From positions 1,450,588 through 1,514,587 of the forward strand of contig OZ260108.1 in NCBI GenBank assembly GCA_965284665.1: DNA of 64,000 nucleotides. The letters are read 5' to 3'. A program made the position numbers and the translations under genes. How positions within the stretch are numbered: the first letter of the stretch is position 1; every line of letters begins with the position of its first letter. The notes under the pieces are model-generated. The model did no database searches. It was given only the letters and a program-made list of their open reading frames with translations, and was not told the origin of the DNA. This DNA comes from Sphingomonadaceae bacterium (lineage in GTDB: Bacteria > Pseudomonadota > Alphaproteobacteria > Sphingomonadales > Sphingomonadaceae). This document shows, in pieces, positions 47,810-56,555 of this stretch.

Positions 47810-50332
47810 ATGCGCAATTTCTCTCTCCTCCCGCTTCCGTTGATCATGCTGGCTGCTCCGGCGCTCGCCGTCGGTGAGAGCGAAATGCAGGCAACACCGC
47901 CGGCCACGCAAGATGCGGAACCTGGCGATACCGAGCGCCATGGCAACGAGATCCTGGTGGTCGCTGAGCGGATTCGCGGGCAGGTGGAAAGTCCGGCCCC
48001 GCCGATCGCCGTGCTGGACGAGAAGGACATCCAGGCGCTGGGCGCGACGACCCTGGCCGATGTGCTGACCCAGCTGGCACCGCAGACCGGCTCAGGGCGT
48101 GGGCGCGTCAGCGGCCCGCCGGTTGTGCTGATCAACGGGCAGCGGATCGGCAACTTCCGCGAAATGCGCAATTTCCCGCAGGAAGCCATCCGCCGGGTTG
48201 AGATTCTGCCCGAGGAAGTGGCGCTGCGGTTCGGCTTTCCGGCCAACACCCGCGTCGTCAACATGATCCTAAAGGACAACTTCTCCTCGAAGACCGTCGA
48301 GGCGGAGACCGCCTTTCCAACGCGCGGCGGCTTCCAGACCTACGAGGTGGAAGCGACTGCACTGCGCATCAACGGACCGCAGCGCTTCAGCGTGACTGCA
48401 AGGATCGACGACACGTCCGAGCTGACCGAGGCTGAGCGCGGGGTGATCCAAACCCCGGGCTCGGTTCCGACCGTATCGACGGATCCCAATCCGGCCGAGT
48501 TTCGCTCGTTGATCGCCGATAGCCGCGAACTTAGCCTCAACGCTTCTTTCGCCCGCGGCCTGGGCAAGGATGGGTTGGGCGGCAACTTCAGCCTGAACGG
48601 CAATCTGACGCGGACCGACAGCCGCCGCAATTCGGGGCTCGACGTAGTCGTGCTGACCGCTCCTGGTGGCGCGACGGCAGTCCGCGCTCTTGGGGACCCG
48701 CTTGAACGGACCAGCCGCACCACCTCGGCGCAGGGCGGCGCGGCGCTCAATACCCGGCTCGGCGATTGGCAGCTCAATGCCACCCTGGATGGCAACCATA
48801 CCGAAAGCCGGACATTGATCGACCGCCGCGCCAACACCTCGGCGCTGGTTGCGGCGGCAGCGGCAGGCACCTTGGCGATCAATGGCGCTTTGCCGGCTGT
48901 GGCCAGTGCCGGGCAGGACCTGGCGCTATCCAATTCCGACCGGCTTGACGGCCTTGCCACGTTGATCGGCCGACCTACTCGTCTGCCGGGCGGCGAAGTA
49001 ACCGCGACGCTGCGCATGGGCTTTACCTTCCTGTCGTTCGATACGGAAGACACGCGCAGCGCTGTCGGCAAGGTAAACCTCAATCGCAATCGCTTCACGG
49101 CCGGTGGCAATGTGGGCGTGCCGATCACGAGCCGGCGTGAAAACTTCGGGGCTGGCCTCGGCGACCTCTCGGCCAACTTCAGCCTTGGCTATGATCACCT
49201 TTCCGATTTTGGTTCGGTAATGGACTGGAGCGCCGGCCTGACCTGGTCGCCTTTCAAGTTCGAGAAGCTGAGCCTCAGCGCCAGTTACTTGGTCAACGAA
49301 CAGGCACCCGGACTTTCGGAGCTTGGCAATCCGATCGCCACTACGCTCAACGTGCCGATCTTCGATCTGGTGCGGGGGGAAACGGTGCTCGCGACCGTCA
49401 TTAGTGGCGGCAATCCGGCGCTGCGCAAGGAGCAACAGCGCGACCTGAAGTTCGGGGCGAACTGGCAGTTGCCGTTCCTGCAGAATTCCAGCCTGGTGAT
49501 CGAATACTTCCGCAACCGTTCGGACGATGTGACTGCCAGTTTCCCGCTGCTGACGCCTGAGATAGAGGCAGCTTTTCCGGGCCGCGTGACGCGCGATGCC
49601 AGTGGACGCCTGGTTTCGGTCGATCAGCGCCCCGTCACCTTCGCCGAGCAGCGCGCGGCGCGCCTGCGCTGGGGGCTCAATCTGTCAGGCCAGCTTGGCA
49701 AAGCTCCGGCTGGCGGCGGGTTCATGGGGATGATGGGCGGCGGCGCGCCGCAGCGTCCGGCCGGTGCTGGAACGCCGCCCGCTGGTCCGCGTCCGCAGGG
49801 TGGCGGCGCTGGCCGCGGCGGCGGTGGCGGCGGGATGATGGCGATGATGGGCGGCGGGCGTGGTCCCGGCCGCTGGAGCCTGGGTGTGTTCCACACCGCG
49901 CAGTTCGACAGCACGGTACAGATCGCACCGGGCGGGCCCGTGCTTGATCTGCTGGACGGGGATTCGCTTTCGTCGACCGGGTCACCGCGCCACTCGATCG
50001 AGTTCAATGGCGGCCTGTTCAAGAATGGCTTCGGCACCTTCTTCAACGGTACCTGGACCGGTCCGTCGCGGCTGACCGGCGCTACCAACCTGCGCTTTGG
50101 CAGCGTGACGCGGATGAACATCAACTTCTTCGCGGCGCTCGGCCAGCAGCAGAAGCTTGTGAAGAAGGTACCCTTCTTCAAGGGCTCGCAGGTCTCACTG
50201 CGGTTCGAGAACCTGTTCGACAGCCGCCAGAAGGTGACTGACGGGACGGGTGCCGTGCCGATCGGCTACCAGGCCGACCTGATCGACCCGCGCGGACGCC
50301 TGATCGAGGTCGAGTTCCGCAAGATGTTCTGA
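47810..50332 (+). CDS. TonB-dependent receptor-like outer membrane protein with Gly/Met-rich insertion
   Basis: Signal peptide, EILVVAER, plug VVLINGQR...RVEILPEEVALRFG, terminal RKMF. Confidence 0.85.
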   Translation: MRNFSLLPLPLIMLAAPALAVGESEMQATPPATQDAEPGDTERHGNEILVVAERIRGQVESPAPPIAVLDEKDIQALGATTLADVLTQLAPQTGSGRGRVSGPPVVLINGQRIGNFREMRNFPQEAIRRVEILPEEVALRFGFPANTRVVNMILKDNFSSKTVEAETAFPTRGGFQTYEVEATALRINGPQRFSVTARIDDTSELTEAERGVIQTPGSVPTVSTDPNPAEFRSLIADSRELSLNASFARGLGKDGLGGNFSLNGNLTRTDSRRNSGLDVVVLTAPGGATAVRALGDPLERTSRTTSAQGGAALNTRLGDWQLNATLDGNHTESRTLIDRRANTSALVAAAAAGTLAINGALPAVASAGQDLALSNSDRLDGLATLIGRPTRLPGGEVTATLRMGFTFLSFDTEDTRSAVGKVNLNRNRFTAGGNVGVPITSRRENFGAGLGDLSANFSLGYDHLSDFGSVMDWSAGLTWSPFKFEKLSLSASYLVNEQAPGLSELGNPIATTLNVPIFDLVRGETVLATVISGGNPALRKEQQRDLKFGANWQLPFLQNSSLVIEYFRNRSDDVTASFPLLTPEIEAAFPGRVTRDASGRLVSVDQRPVTFAEQRAARLRWGLNLSGQLGKAPAGGGFMGMMGGGAPQRPAGAGTPPAGPRPQGGGAGRGGGGGGMMAMMGGGRGPGRWSLGVFHTAQFDSTVQIAPGGPVLDLLDGDSLSSTGSPRHSIEFNGGLFKNGFGTFFNGTWTGPSRLTGATNLRFGSVTRMNINFFAALGQQQKLVKKVPFFKGSQVSLRFENLFDSRQKVTDGTGAVPIGYQADLIDPRGRLIEVEFRKMF

Positions 50333-50377
50333 TTAAGGCTGCCCCGGCCGGTGCACGACCAGCCGGGGCGCTTGGCA

Positions 50378-50815
50378 TCAGGCGGAGTGGAACACCGCCA
50401 GGATCAGGTGCAGCGTTAGCGCCATCAGCGCGAAGCTCGACAGGGCGAACAGCAGGAAGCGGACCATGACCCGGTTCCACACTGCCTGCACGATTGAGTG
50501 CGAAATACGCAGGCTGACATAGGCCCAAGCAATCTGGCCGTTCAGCCCATCGCCCTGGCCAATCAGCGCCAGCGCCAGCGCCACGGCATAGAACACGGTC
50601 GGCGCTTCGTGCAGGTGGTTGTAGTTGTGCGCGATCCACTGAACGTTGGAGGGCAGGACCTGATCAAGCGATTGCCCGGTCCCACCGACCAGGTTCTTGG
50701 TGTCAATCTTGGCCTTGCCCATTGCCGGGATGCGCGTGACGTACATCCACAGCCACATGATCATGGTCCAGCCGGCCAAAACGGCGACCGGTTTCAGAAT
50801 TTCCATACCAATCAT
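50378..50815 (-). CDS. MAPEG family membrane protein
   Basis: HNYNHLHEAPTVFY, AWAYVSLRISHS. Confidence 0.88.
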   Translation of the reverse strand: MIGMEILKPVAVLAGWTMIMWLWMYVTRIPAMGKAKIDTKNLVGGTGQSLDQVLPSNVQWIAHNYNHLHEAPTVFYAVALALALIGQGDGLNGQIAWAYVSLRISHSIVQAVWNRVMVRFLLFALSSFALMALTLHLILAVFHSA

Positions 50816-50831
50816 TGTATTCTCTCCCCGG

Positions 50832-51263
50832 TTATGCAGGCATCAAGGTCAGCTTGGCGGCATGCAGTGCCAGCATCAATAGGCACAACGTCGAAAGCAG
50901 GAACAGCGTGAAACGCACTGGTACCTTGTTGACCGTCGCCTGCCAGATCGAGTGGACGATCCGCAGCACGACATAGGCCCAGGCGAACAATACGTCGTGC
51001 TCCACAGGCCCTATGATCGCCAGGATCGCCACCGTGGCATAAAACAGCGTCGGCTGCTCCATCAGATGGGTGTAGTTGTGGGCCTTCCAGTTGATCTGGT
51101 CTGGGATCACCCCTTCCAGGTCCTGACCGCGCCCGCCGGGCTTGGCTGCCCCCAGGCCGCCGCCTTTGGCCATCGCCGGCAGCCGCGTGCCCGCCATCCA
51201 GAACAACATGACAATTGACCACAGTACCAGCACAGCCGCTGGAGCAAGAATCTGAGCCTGCAT
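50832..51263 (-). CDS. MAPEG family membrane protein (tandem paralog)
   Basis: HNYTHLMEQPTLFY, AWAYVVLRIVHS; start ATG 51263. Confidence 0.88.
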   Translation of the reverse strand: MQAQILAPAAVLVLWSIVMLFWMAGTRLPAMAKGGGLGAAKPGGRGQDLEGVIPDQINWKAHNYTHLMEQPTLFYATVAILAIIGPVEHDVLFAWAYVVLRIVHSIWQATVNKVPVRFTLFLLSTLCLLMLALHAAKLTLMPA

Positions 51264-51334
51264 TTTCTCCCCCTTCGTTCCGTTGAACGCGAGGGCGGCA
51301 GGTTGTTCCGGCGGAAACCGATTGTCAAATGCAA

Positions 51335-52312
51335 CTAATCGTTGCTGCTGAGCACCTTGGCAAAGCTGGCGGGATCGGTGTTGCTGCCGGTCAGCATGAT
51401 CACCGTGCGTCCGTCGAGCGGCACCTTGCCGGCCAGCGCCGCCGCCAGCGCCGCCGCGCCGCCGGGCTCCAGCACCAGATGCAGCCTGGAAAAGGCAAAG
51501 CGCTGCGCCGCGCGCACCTCGGCCGGGGTGACGACCAGGCCATAGGCACAACGCTCCTTCAGGATCGCGAAGTTGATTGGCCATGTTGCGGGAGTCTGTA
51601 GCGCATCGCATTCCGTCGGCGGCGCATCCTTGGCGACGCGCTGGATTTCGCCCGTCGCCAGACTGCGCGCCACGTCATCCCAGCCTTCGGGCTCGACCGG
51701 CACGATCTCGGCCTCCGGGCAGGCGAGGGCGAGGCCAGCGGTCAGCCCCCCGCCGCCGCAGCAGGCGACGATCCGGGTTGAACCATCCAGCCCGCGCGCG
51801 CGCAACTGAGCAATAATCTCGATCCCGGCCGAACCCTGGCCCTCGATCACCCAGGGATCGCCATAGGCATGGACCAGCGTAGCGCCGGTCTGGTCGATCA
51901 GCCGCTGGGCCACGGCATCGCGGTCCTCGCCGCCGGGACGGTCATAGAGCACGACATCGGCGCCCATTGCCCGGGTGGCATCAAGCTTCACCTGCGGCGC
52001 ATCGACCGGCATGACGATCGTGGCCGGAATGCCCAGCCGCGCTGCTGCCCAGGCGACGCCCTGCGCATGGTTGCCGCTCGAAACACCGACCACGCCGCGC
52101 TGGCGCTCGTCTTCCGACAGGTCCGAGAGCCGGTGCCAGGCACCGCGGATCTTGAAGGCGCCGATCGGCTGGAGGCTATCTGCCTTGCACCACACTTTTG
52201 CCCCGTTGACCTCGGTCTCGAGGAGTGGTGTCTGCACCAGCAGTTCGGCGATCTTGGCGGCGGCGCGGGCCACGCCTTCGCTGGTCGGAGCGCGCATCGG
52301 TTGTGTCGTCAT
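51335..52312 (-). CDS. PLP-dependent threonine/serine dehydratase (racemase-like) family
   Basis: SLQPIGAFKIRGA, SSGNHAQG, CGGGGL, EPGGA. Confidence 0.92.
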   Translation of the reverse strand: MTTQPMRAPTSEGVARAAAKIAELLVQTPLLETEVNGAKVWCKADSLQPIGAFKIRGAWHRLSDLSEDERQRGVVGVSSGNHAQGVAWAAARLGIPATIVMPVDAPQVKLDATRAMGADVVLYDRPGGEDRDAVAQRLIDQTGATLVHAYGDPWVIEGQGSAGIEIIAQLRARGLDGSTRIVACCGGGGLTAGLALACPEAEIVPVEPEGWDDVARSLATGEIQRVAKDAPPTECDALQTPATWPINFAILKERCAYGLVVTPAEVRAAQRFAFSRLHLVLEPGGAAALAAALAGKVPLDGRTVIMLTGSNTDPASFAKVLSSND

Positions 52313-52361
52313 AAAACCAGCCTATATGCGCGCCTTCGCCGCGGTCAAAGGAGAGATAGAG

Positions 52362-53573
52362 GTGAGCAAGGTTCTGGTGATCGGTGCGGGCGGCGTCAGC
52401 TCGGTCTGCGTCCACAAGATGGCGATGAACGCCGGGATTTTCAGCGAAATCCATCTCGCCAGCCGGACCAAGGCAAAGTGCGATGCGATCGCCGCTTCGG
52501 TGAAGGAGCGCACCGGCGTTACCGTTTCGACCTATGAGATCGATGCAGAGGAAGTGCCCGCGCTGACCCGCCTGATCCAGCAGATCGGCCCCAAGCTGGT
52601 AGTCAATCTGGCGCTGCCGTACCAGGACCTGCCAATCATGGATGCCTGCCTTGCCGCCGGCGTCGATTACCTCGACACCGCGAACTATGAGCCGAAGGAC
52701 GAGGCCAAGTTCGAATACAAGTGGCAGTGGGCCTATCAGGACCGCTTCAAGGAAAAGGGCCTGATGGCGCTGCTCGGTTCGGGTTTCGATCCGGGCGTCA
52801 CTTCGGTCTTCGCGATGTGGCTCAAGAAGCACAAGCTCAAGACCATCCGCACGCTCGACATCCTCGATTGCAACGGCGGCGATCACGGCCAGGCCTTTGC
52901 CACCAACTTCAACCCGGAAATCAACATCCGCGAAGTGACAGCGTCGGCGCGCCACTGGAACCAGGGCGTGTGGGTCGAGACCCCGGCGATGACGATCCGG
53001 CAGAACTTCGATTTCGAAGCCGTTGGCCCCAAGAACATGTACCTGATGTATCATGAGGAGCTGGAAAGCCTGGCCAAGTTCCTGCCCGAGCTGGAGCGCG
53101 GCCGCTTCTGGATGACCTTTGGCGATGCCTACATCAACCACCTGACCGTGCTGCAGAATGTCGGCATGACCGGGATCGAGCCGATCGTGTACCAGGGCAA
53201 GGAAATCGTCCCGCTGCAGTTCCTCGCCGCCGTACTGCCCAAGCCCGAAACGCTGGGTCCGACCACCACCGGCAAGACCAATATCGGCGATATCGCGACC
53301 GGCATGGCGCTCGATGGCTCGGGCGAAAAGACCTATTACATCTACAACATCTGCGACCATGAAGAGGCGTTCCACGAAACCGGGAACCAGGCGATCAGCT
53401 ATACCACCGGCGTTCCGGCGATGATCGGCGCGGCGATGATGCTGACCGGCGCCTGGCGGGGTGAGGGCGTGTTCAACATGGAGCAGCTGGATCCCGATCC
53501 CTACATGGACATGCTCAACACGCAGGGTCTGCCGTGGCAGGTCAAGGAACTGGCCGGGCCGCTTGAGTTTTGA
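52362..53573 (+). CDS. Carboxy(nor)spermidine dehydrogenase (saccharopine dehydrogenase family)
   Basis: IGAGGV, NLALPYQDL, YLDTANYEP, GFDPGV, DCNGGDHG..FATNFNPEINIRE; upstream of nspC; GTG start 52362. Confidence 0.92.
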   Translation: MSKVLVIGAGGVSSVCVHKMAMNAGIFSEIHLASRTKAKCDAIAASVKERTGVTVSTYEIDAEEVPALTRLIQQIGPKLVVNLALPYQDLPIMDACLAAGVDYLDTANYEPKDEAKFEYKWQWAYQDRFKEKGLMALLGSGFDPGVTSVFAMWLKKHKLKTIRTLDILDCNGGDHGQAFATNFNPEINIREVTASARHWNQGVWVETPAMTIRQNFDFEAVGPKNMYLMYHEELESLAKFLPELERGRFWMTFGDAYINHLTVLQNVGMTGIEPIVYQGKEIVPLQFLAAVLPKPETLGPTTTGKTNIGDIATGMALDGSGEKTYYIYNICDHEEAFHETGNQAISYTTGVPAMIGAAMMLTGAWRGEGVFNMEQLDPDPYMDMLNTQGLPWQVKELAGPLEF

Positions 53574-53947
53574 GGCCGGCTTGCTCCGTACTGGCGGGCG
53601 CTGCGGCACTTGTCTTGCTGGGCGCTACCGCTCCGCGCGCGGCGGTGGTCCCCCCTGAGTTTCGCGGGGAATGGACCAACGAGCCGCGCTATTGCGGGGT
53701 TGAGGGGGACGGTCTTGATTCCGTACTGACGGTGACGGACGGCTCGGTCGGCTATTTCGAAAACCAATGGCGTGTGAAGTCGGTGCGGCGGACCGGTAAG
53801 GGGATCGCGATCCGCTATCACCTGCGCGCCGATTTCGATATGTATGCGCCTAATTACCTGCGCCTGTCGGCCGACCGGCAGCGCATCTATACCAGCGATG
53901 ACCGGCGCGACACCGGCTACAAGCGCTGCCCGAGGAAAACGCGATAA
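53570..53947 (+). CDS. Small secreted hypothetical protein
   Basis: Signal peptide, FRGEW...C...YKRCP; overlaps both neighbours' stop/start codons. Confidence 0.65.
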   Translation: MRPACSVLAGAAALVLLGATAPRAAVVPPEFRGEWTNEPRYCGVEGDGLDSVLTVTDGSVGYFENQWRVKSVRRTGKGIAIRYHLRADFDMYAPNYLRLSADRQRIYTSDDRRDTGYKRCPRKTR

Positions 53948-55146
53948 TGGAAACCAGAGCCGGCGATCCGGGCGCGTTCGCCCAATTCGATCTCTCCCGC
54001 GTCGACAGTCCCGCCTTCGTGGTCGATGCCGCGAAGCTGCGCGCGAACCTCGCCGTGCTGGCAGACGTACGCGACCGCGCCGGGATCAAGGTGCTGGCGG
54101 CTCTCAAGGCCTTCTCGATGTGGTCTGTCGCGCCGATCGTGGGTGAGTATCTCGACGGCGTCTGTACGTCAGGCCTGTGGGAAGCGCGGCTTGCCTCCGA
54201 GTTCTACGACGGCGAGATCGCGACCTATTGCGCCGCCTACAAGCCGGAAGACCTCGACGATATCCTGCGCCTGTCGGACCATGTGATCTTCAATTCGCCG
54301 CAGCAGATCGTCCGCTGCTCGGCCATCATCGAGGCGGCGCGGGCGAGGGGGGAAAGCTTTGACATCGGCCTGCGGATCAACCCGCTGCATCCCGAAGGCG
54401 AGGTGCCGCGCTATGATCCTTGCGCGCCGCACTCGCGGCTCGGCTTCCCGATTGACCAGCTGACGGCAGAGCACATGGCCCTGGTCGACGGGATCCACAT
54501 GCACACCCTGTGCGAGCAGGATCTGGAGCCGTTGAAGCGCACCTGGGACGTGGCTTTCGATTGCCTCGAGCCCTATTTTGGCGAGATCAAGTGGATCAAC
54601 CTGGGCGGCGGGCATCACATTACCCGGGCCGATTACCAGCGCGACGAACTGGTCGAATTCCTGCAGGACCTGAAGGACGATACCGGGGCCGAGGTCTATC
54701 TTGAGCCGGGTGAAGCCGTAGCGCTCGATGCCGGGATCCTGGTTGGCACCGTGCTCGACCTGGGCGAGAACGGCATGCCGGTGGCGATCGTTGACATTTC
54801 CGCGACCTGCCACATGCCGGACGTGATTGAGGCGCCCTATCGTCCGGCGATGCTGGGTGAGCTGCCGCAGGTGGGCACTGATGTGGACGAGGGCGCGGGC
54901 GGCGCCGTGCGGCTCGGCGGGCCGTCGTGCCTCGCCGGCGACGTGATCGGCGACTATCGCTTTGCCGAAGGCCCGCGCGTCGGCCAGCGTTTCGCTTTCC
55001 TCGACCAGGCGCATTACTCGATGGTCAAGACGACGACCTTCAACGGCGTGCCGTTGCCTTCGATCTGGCTGTGGGACAGCGAGACCGACCAGCTCGAATG
55101 CGTGAAGCGGTTCGGTTACGAGGACTTCCGCGACCGGCTTTCCTGA
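53947..55146 (+). CDS. nspC: Carboxy(nor)spermidine decarboxylase
   Basis: ALKAFS, SGLWEA, GLRINP, HMHTLCEQ, GGGHHIT, EPGEA, YSMVKTTTFNG. Confidence 0.93.
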   Translation: METRAGDPGAFAQFDLSRVDSPAFVVDAAKLRANLAVLADVRDRAGIKVLAALKAFSMWSVAPIVGEYLDGVCTSGLWEARLASEFYDGEIATYCAAYKPEDLDDILRLSDHVIFNSPQQIVRCSAIIEAARARGESFDIGLRINPLHPEGEVPRYDPCAPHSRLGFPIDQLTAEHMALVDGIHMHTLCEQDLEPLKRTWDVAFDCLEPYFGEIKWINLGGGHHITRADYQRDELVEFLQDLKDDTGAEVYLEPGEAVALDAGILVGTVLDLGENGMPVAIVDISATCHMPDVIEAPYRPAMLGELPQVGTDVDEGAGGAVRLGGPSCLAGDVIGDYRFAEGPRVGQRFAFLDQAHYSMVKTTTFNGVPLPSIWLWDSETDQLECVKRFGYEDFRDRLS

Positions 55147-55182
55147 GGCACAGTCCCCGGCATAACAAAGCCGGAGAGCGCA

Positions 55183-56427
55183 GTGCCTGACAAGATCCTT
55201 GATGCCCATTCGTCGGACCCCGTCACCATGGGCTGGATGGAGGGACTTCCGCCCGCGCCGGACAAGCGGCTGGCCTGGGAGCGGGCGGATCACATGCGTT
55301 TTCCGACCCACCGCTATGCCTATTCGCACATGCGCGAGTTCCTGCCGACTGCGCGCGTCTCGCGCGGAACGGGGCCAGTCTGGAACCTGCCGGTGGCACT
55401 GCGCGACGATATCGACGCGATCACCTTCAAGGCGATGGATGATGGCCGCGAGCTGACCTGGGCGGAATCGCTCGCGGTAAACTTTACCGATGCCGTGCTG
55501 GTGCTGCACCGGGGCACGATCGTTTACGAGCGCTACCTGGGCGTCACGCGACCGGATACACCCCATATCGCCTTCTCGGTGACCAAGAGTTTCGTCGGCA
55601 CCTTGGCCGAGATGCTGGTGCGCGAAGGCCGGCTTGATCCGCAGGCACCGATTGCGGACCTGCTGCCCGAAATGGCCGGGAGCGGCTTTGCCGATGCCAC
55701 GCTGGCGCAAGTCATGGACATGACCACTGCGCTCGATTTCTCGGAAGAGTACACCGATCCCTCGTCGGGTATCGGGGCGATGAGCAATGCCCTGGGGCTG
55801 ACCCCGCGCGCGCCGGGCTACACGGGGCCGGGTGATGTCTATGCCTTCCTCCCCTCGATCCGCAAAAACGGTGAGCATGGCGAGCGATTCACCTATCGCA
55901 CCTGCAACACCGAAGTGCTCGGCTGGATCTTCGCCCGGACCGAAGGCAAGCGAATCGATCAGGTATTGTCAGAGCGAATCTGGGCGCCGCTGGGGATGGA
56001 GCAGGATGCCGATTTCCTGATCGATTCGACCGGAATGCCCTTCGCTGGCGGGGGACTTAATCCCGTACTGCGCGACATGGCCCGATTCGGCGAAACCATG
56101 CGCTGCGATGGGTACGGCAATGGCGGACAGAACATTGCCCGCGAAGTGGTCGCCGCAGTCAAGGCGGGAGGCAGCAAGGCGGCCTTCGCGCCGGCCGGGT
56201 ACCAGTGGCTGAAGGACGGTTCCTACACCCGCCAATGGTGGATAATGCCCGGAAATCACGGCGCTTTTTCCGCGCGCGGGATTCACGGCCAGGCGATCTA
56301 TATTGATCCGGTGGCAGAGGTGGTGATCGCCCGGTTTGGCTCCCATCCCATCGCTGCGAACACCGCCTTCGACCCCACCTCGCTGCCCGCGTTCCGGGCA
56401 GTCGCGGAGCACCTCGCCAGGGGGTGA
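55183..56427 (+). CDS. Serine hydrolase, beta-lactamase class C / 6-aminohexanoate-dimer hydrolase (NylB)-like
   Basis: FSVTKS (SxxK), FTYRTCNT, ARGIHGQ. Confidence 0.88.
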   Translation: MPDKILDAHSSDPVTMGWMEGLPPAPDKRLAWERADHMRFPTHRYAYSHMREFLPTARVSRGTGPVWNLPVALRDDIDAITFKAMDDGRELTWAESLAVNFTDAVLVLHRGTIVYERYLGVTRPDTPHIAFSVTKSFVGTLAEMLVREGRLDPQAPIADLLPEMAGSGFADATLAQVMDMTTALDFSEEYTDPSSGIGAMSNALGLTPRAPGYTGPGDVYAFLPSIRKNGEHGERFTYRTCNTEVLGWIFARTEGKRIDQVLSERIWAPLGMEQDADFLIDSTGMPFAGGGLNPVLRDMARFGETMRCDGYGNGGQNIAREVVAAVKAGGSKAAFAPAGYQWLKDGSYTRQWWIMPGNHGAFSARGIHGQAIYIDPVAEVVIARFGSHPIAANTAFDPTSLPAFRAVAEHLARG

Positions 56428-56470
56428 TTTTCACTTGCGATTAAGGCGCGAATCTTTATAGCCCGCCCCC

Positions 56471-56555
56471 GCTGCCCCAAGGGGACTTCCAATAACCGCA
56501 AGGCAGCCTCGTCTTCGTGTTACCTGGCCGGAAGGCCTATTGGGGGTCCCTTGAG
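56471..56555 (+). ncRNA. Structured 5' leader (candidate cis-regulatory RNA) of the ornithine decarboxylase
   Basis: ~16-bp helix 56478-56494/56538-56553 covering the SD; alternative GCUGCC/GGCAGC helix; GGCC-GGAA-GGCC hairpin; promoter-like TTGCGA-N16-TATAGC at 56435-56462. Confidence 0.55.

Noticed and set aside
55183-56427. Nylon-oligomer degradation or beta-lactam resistance gene
   Set aside because: Only family-level motifs are visible; there is no signal peptide and specificity cannot be read from the sequence.
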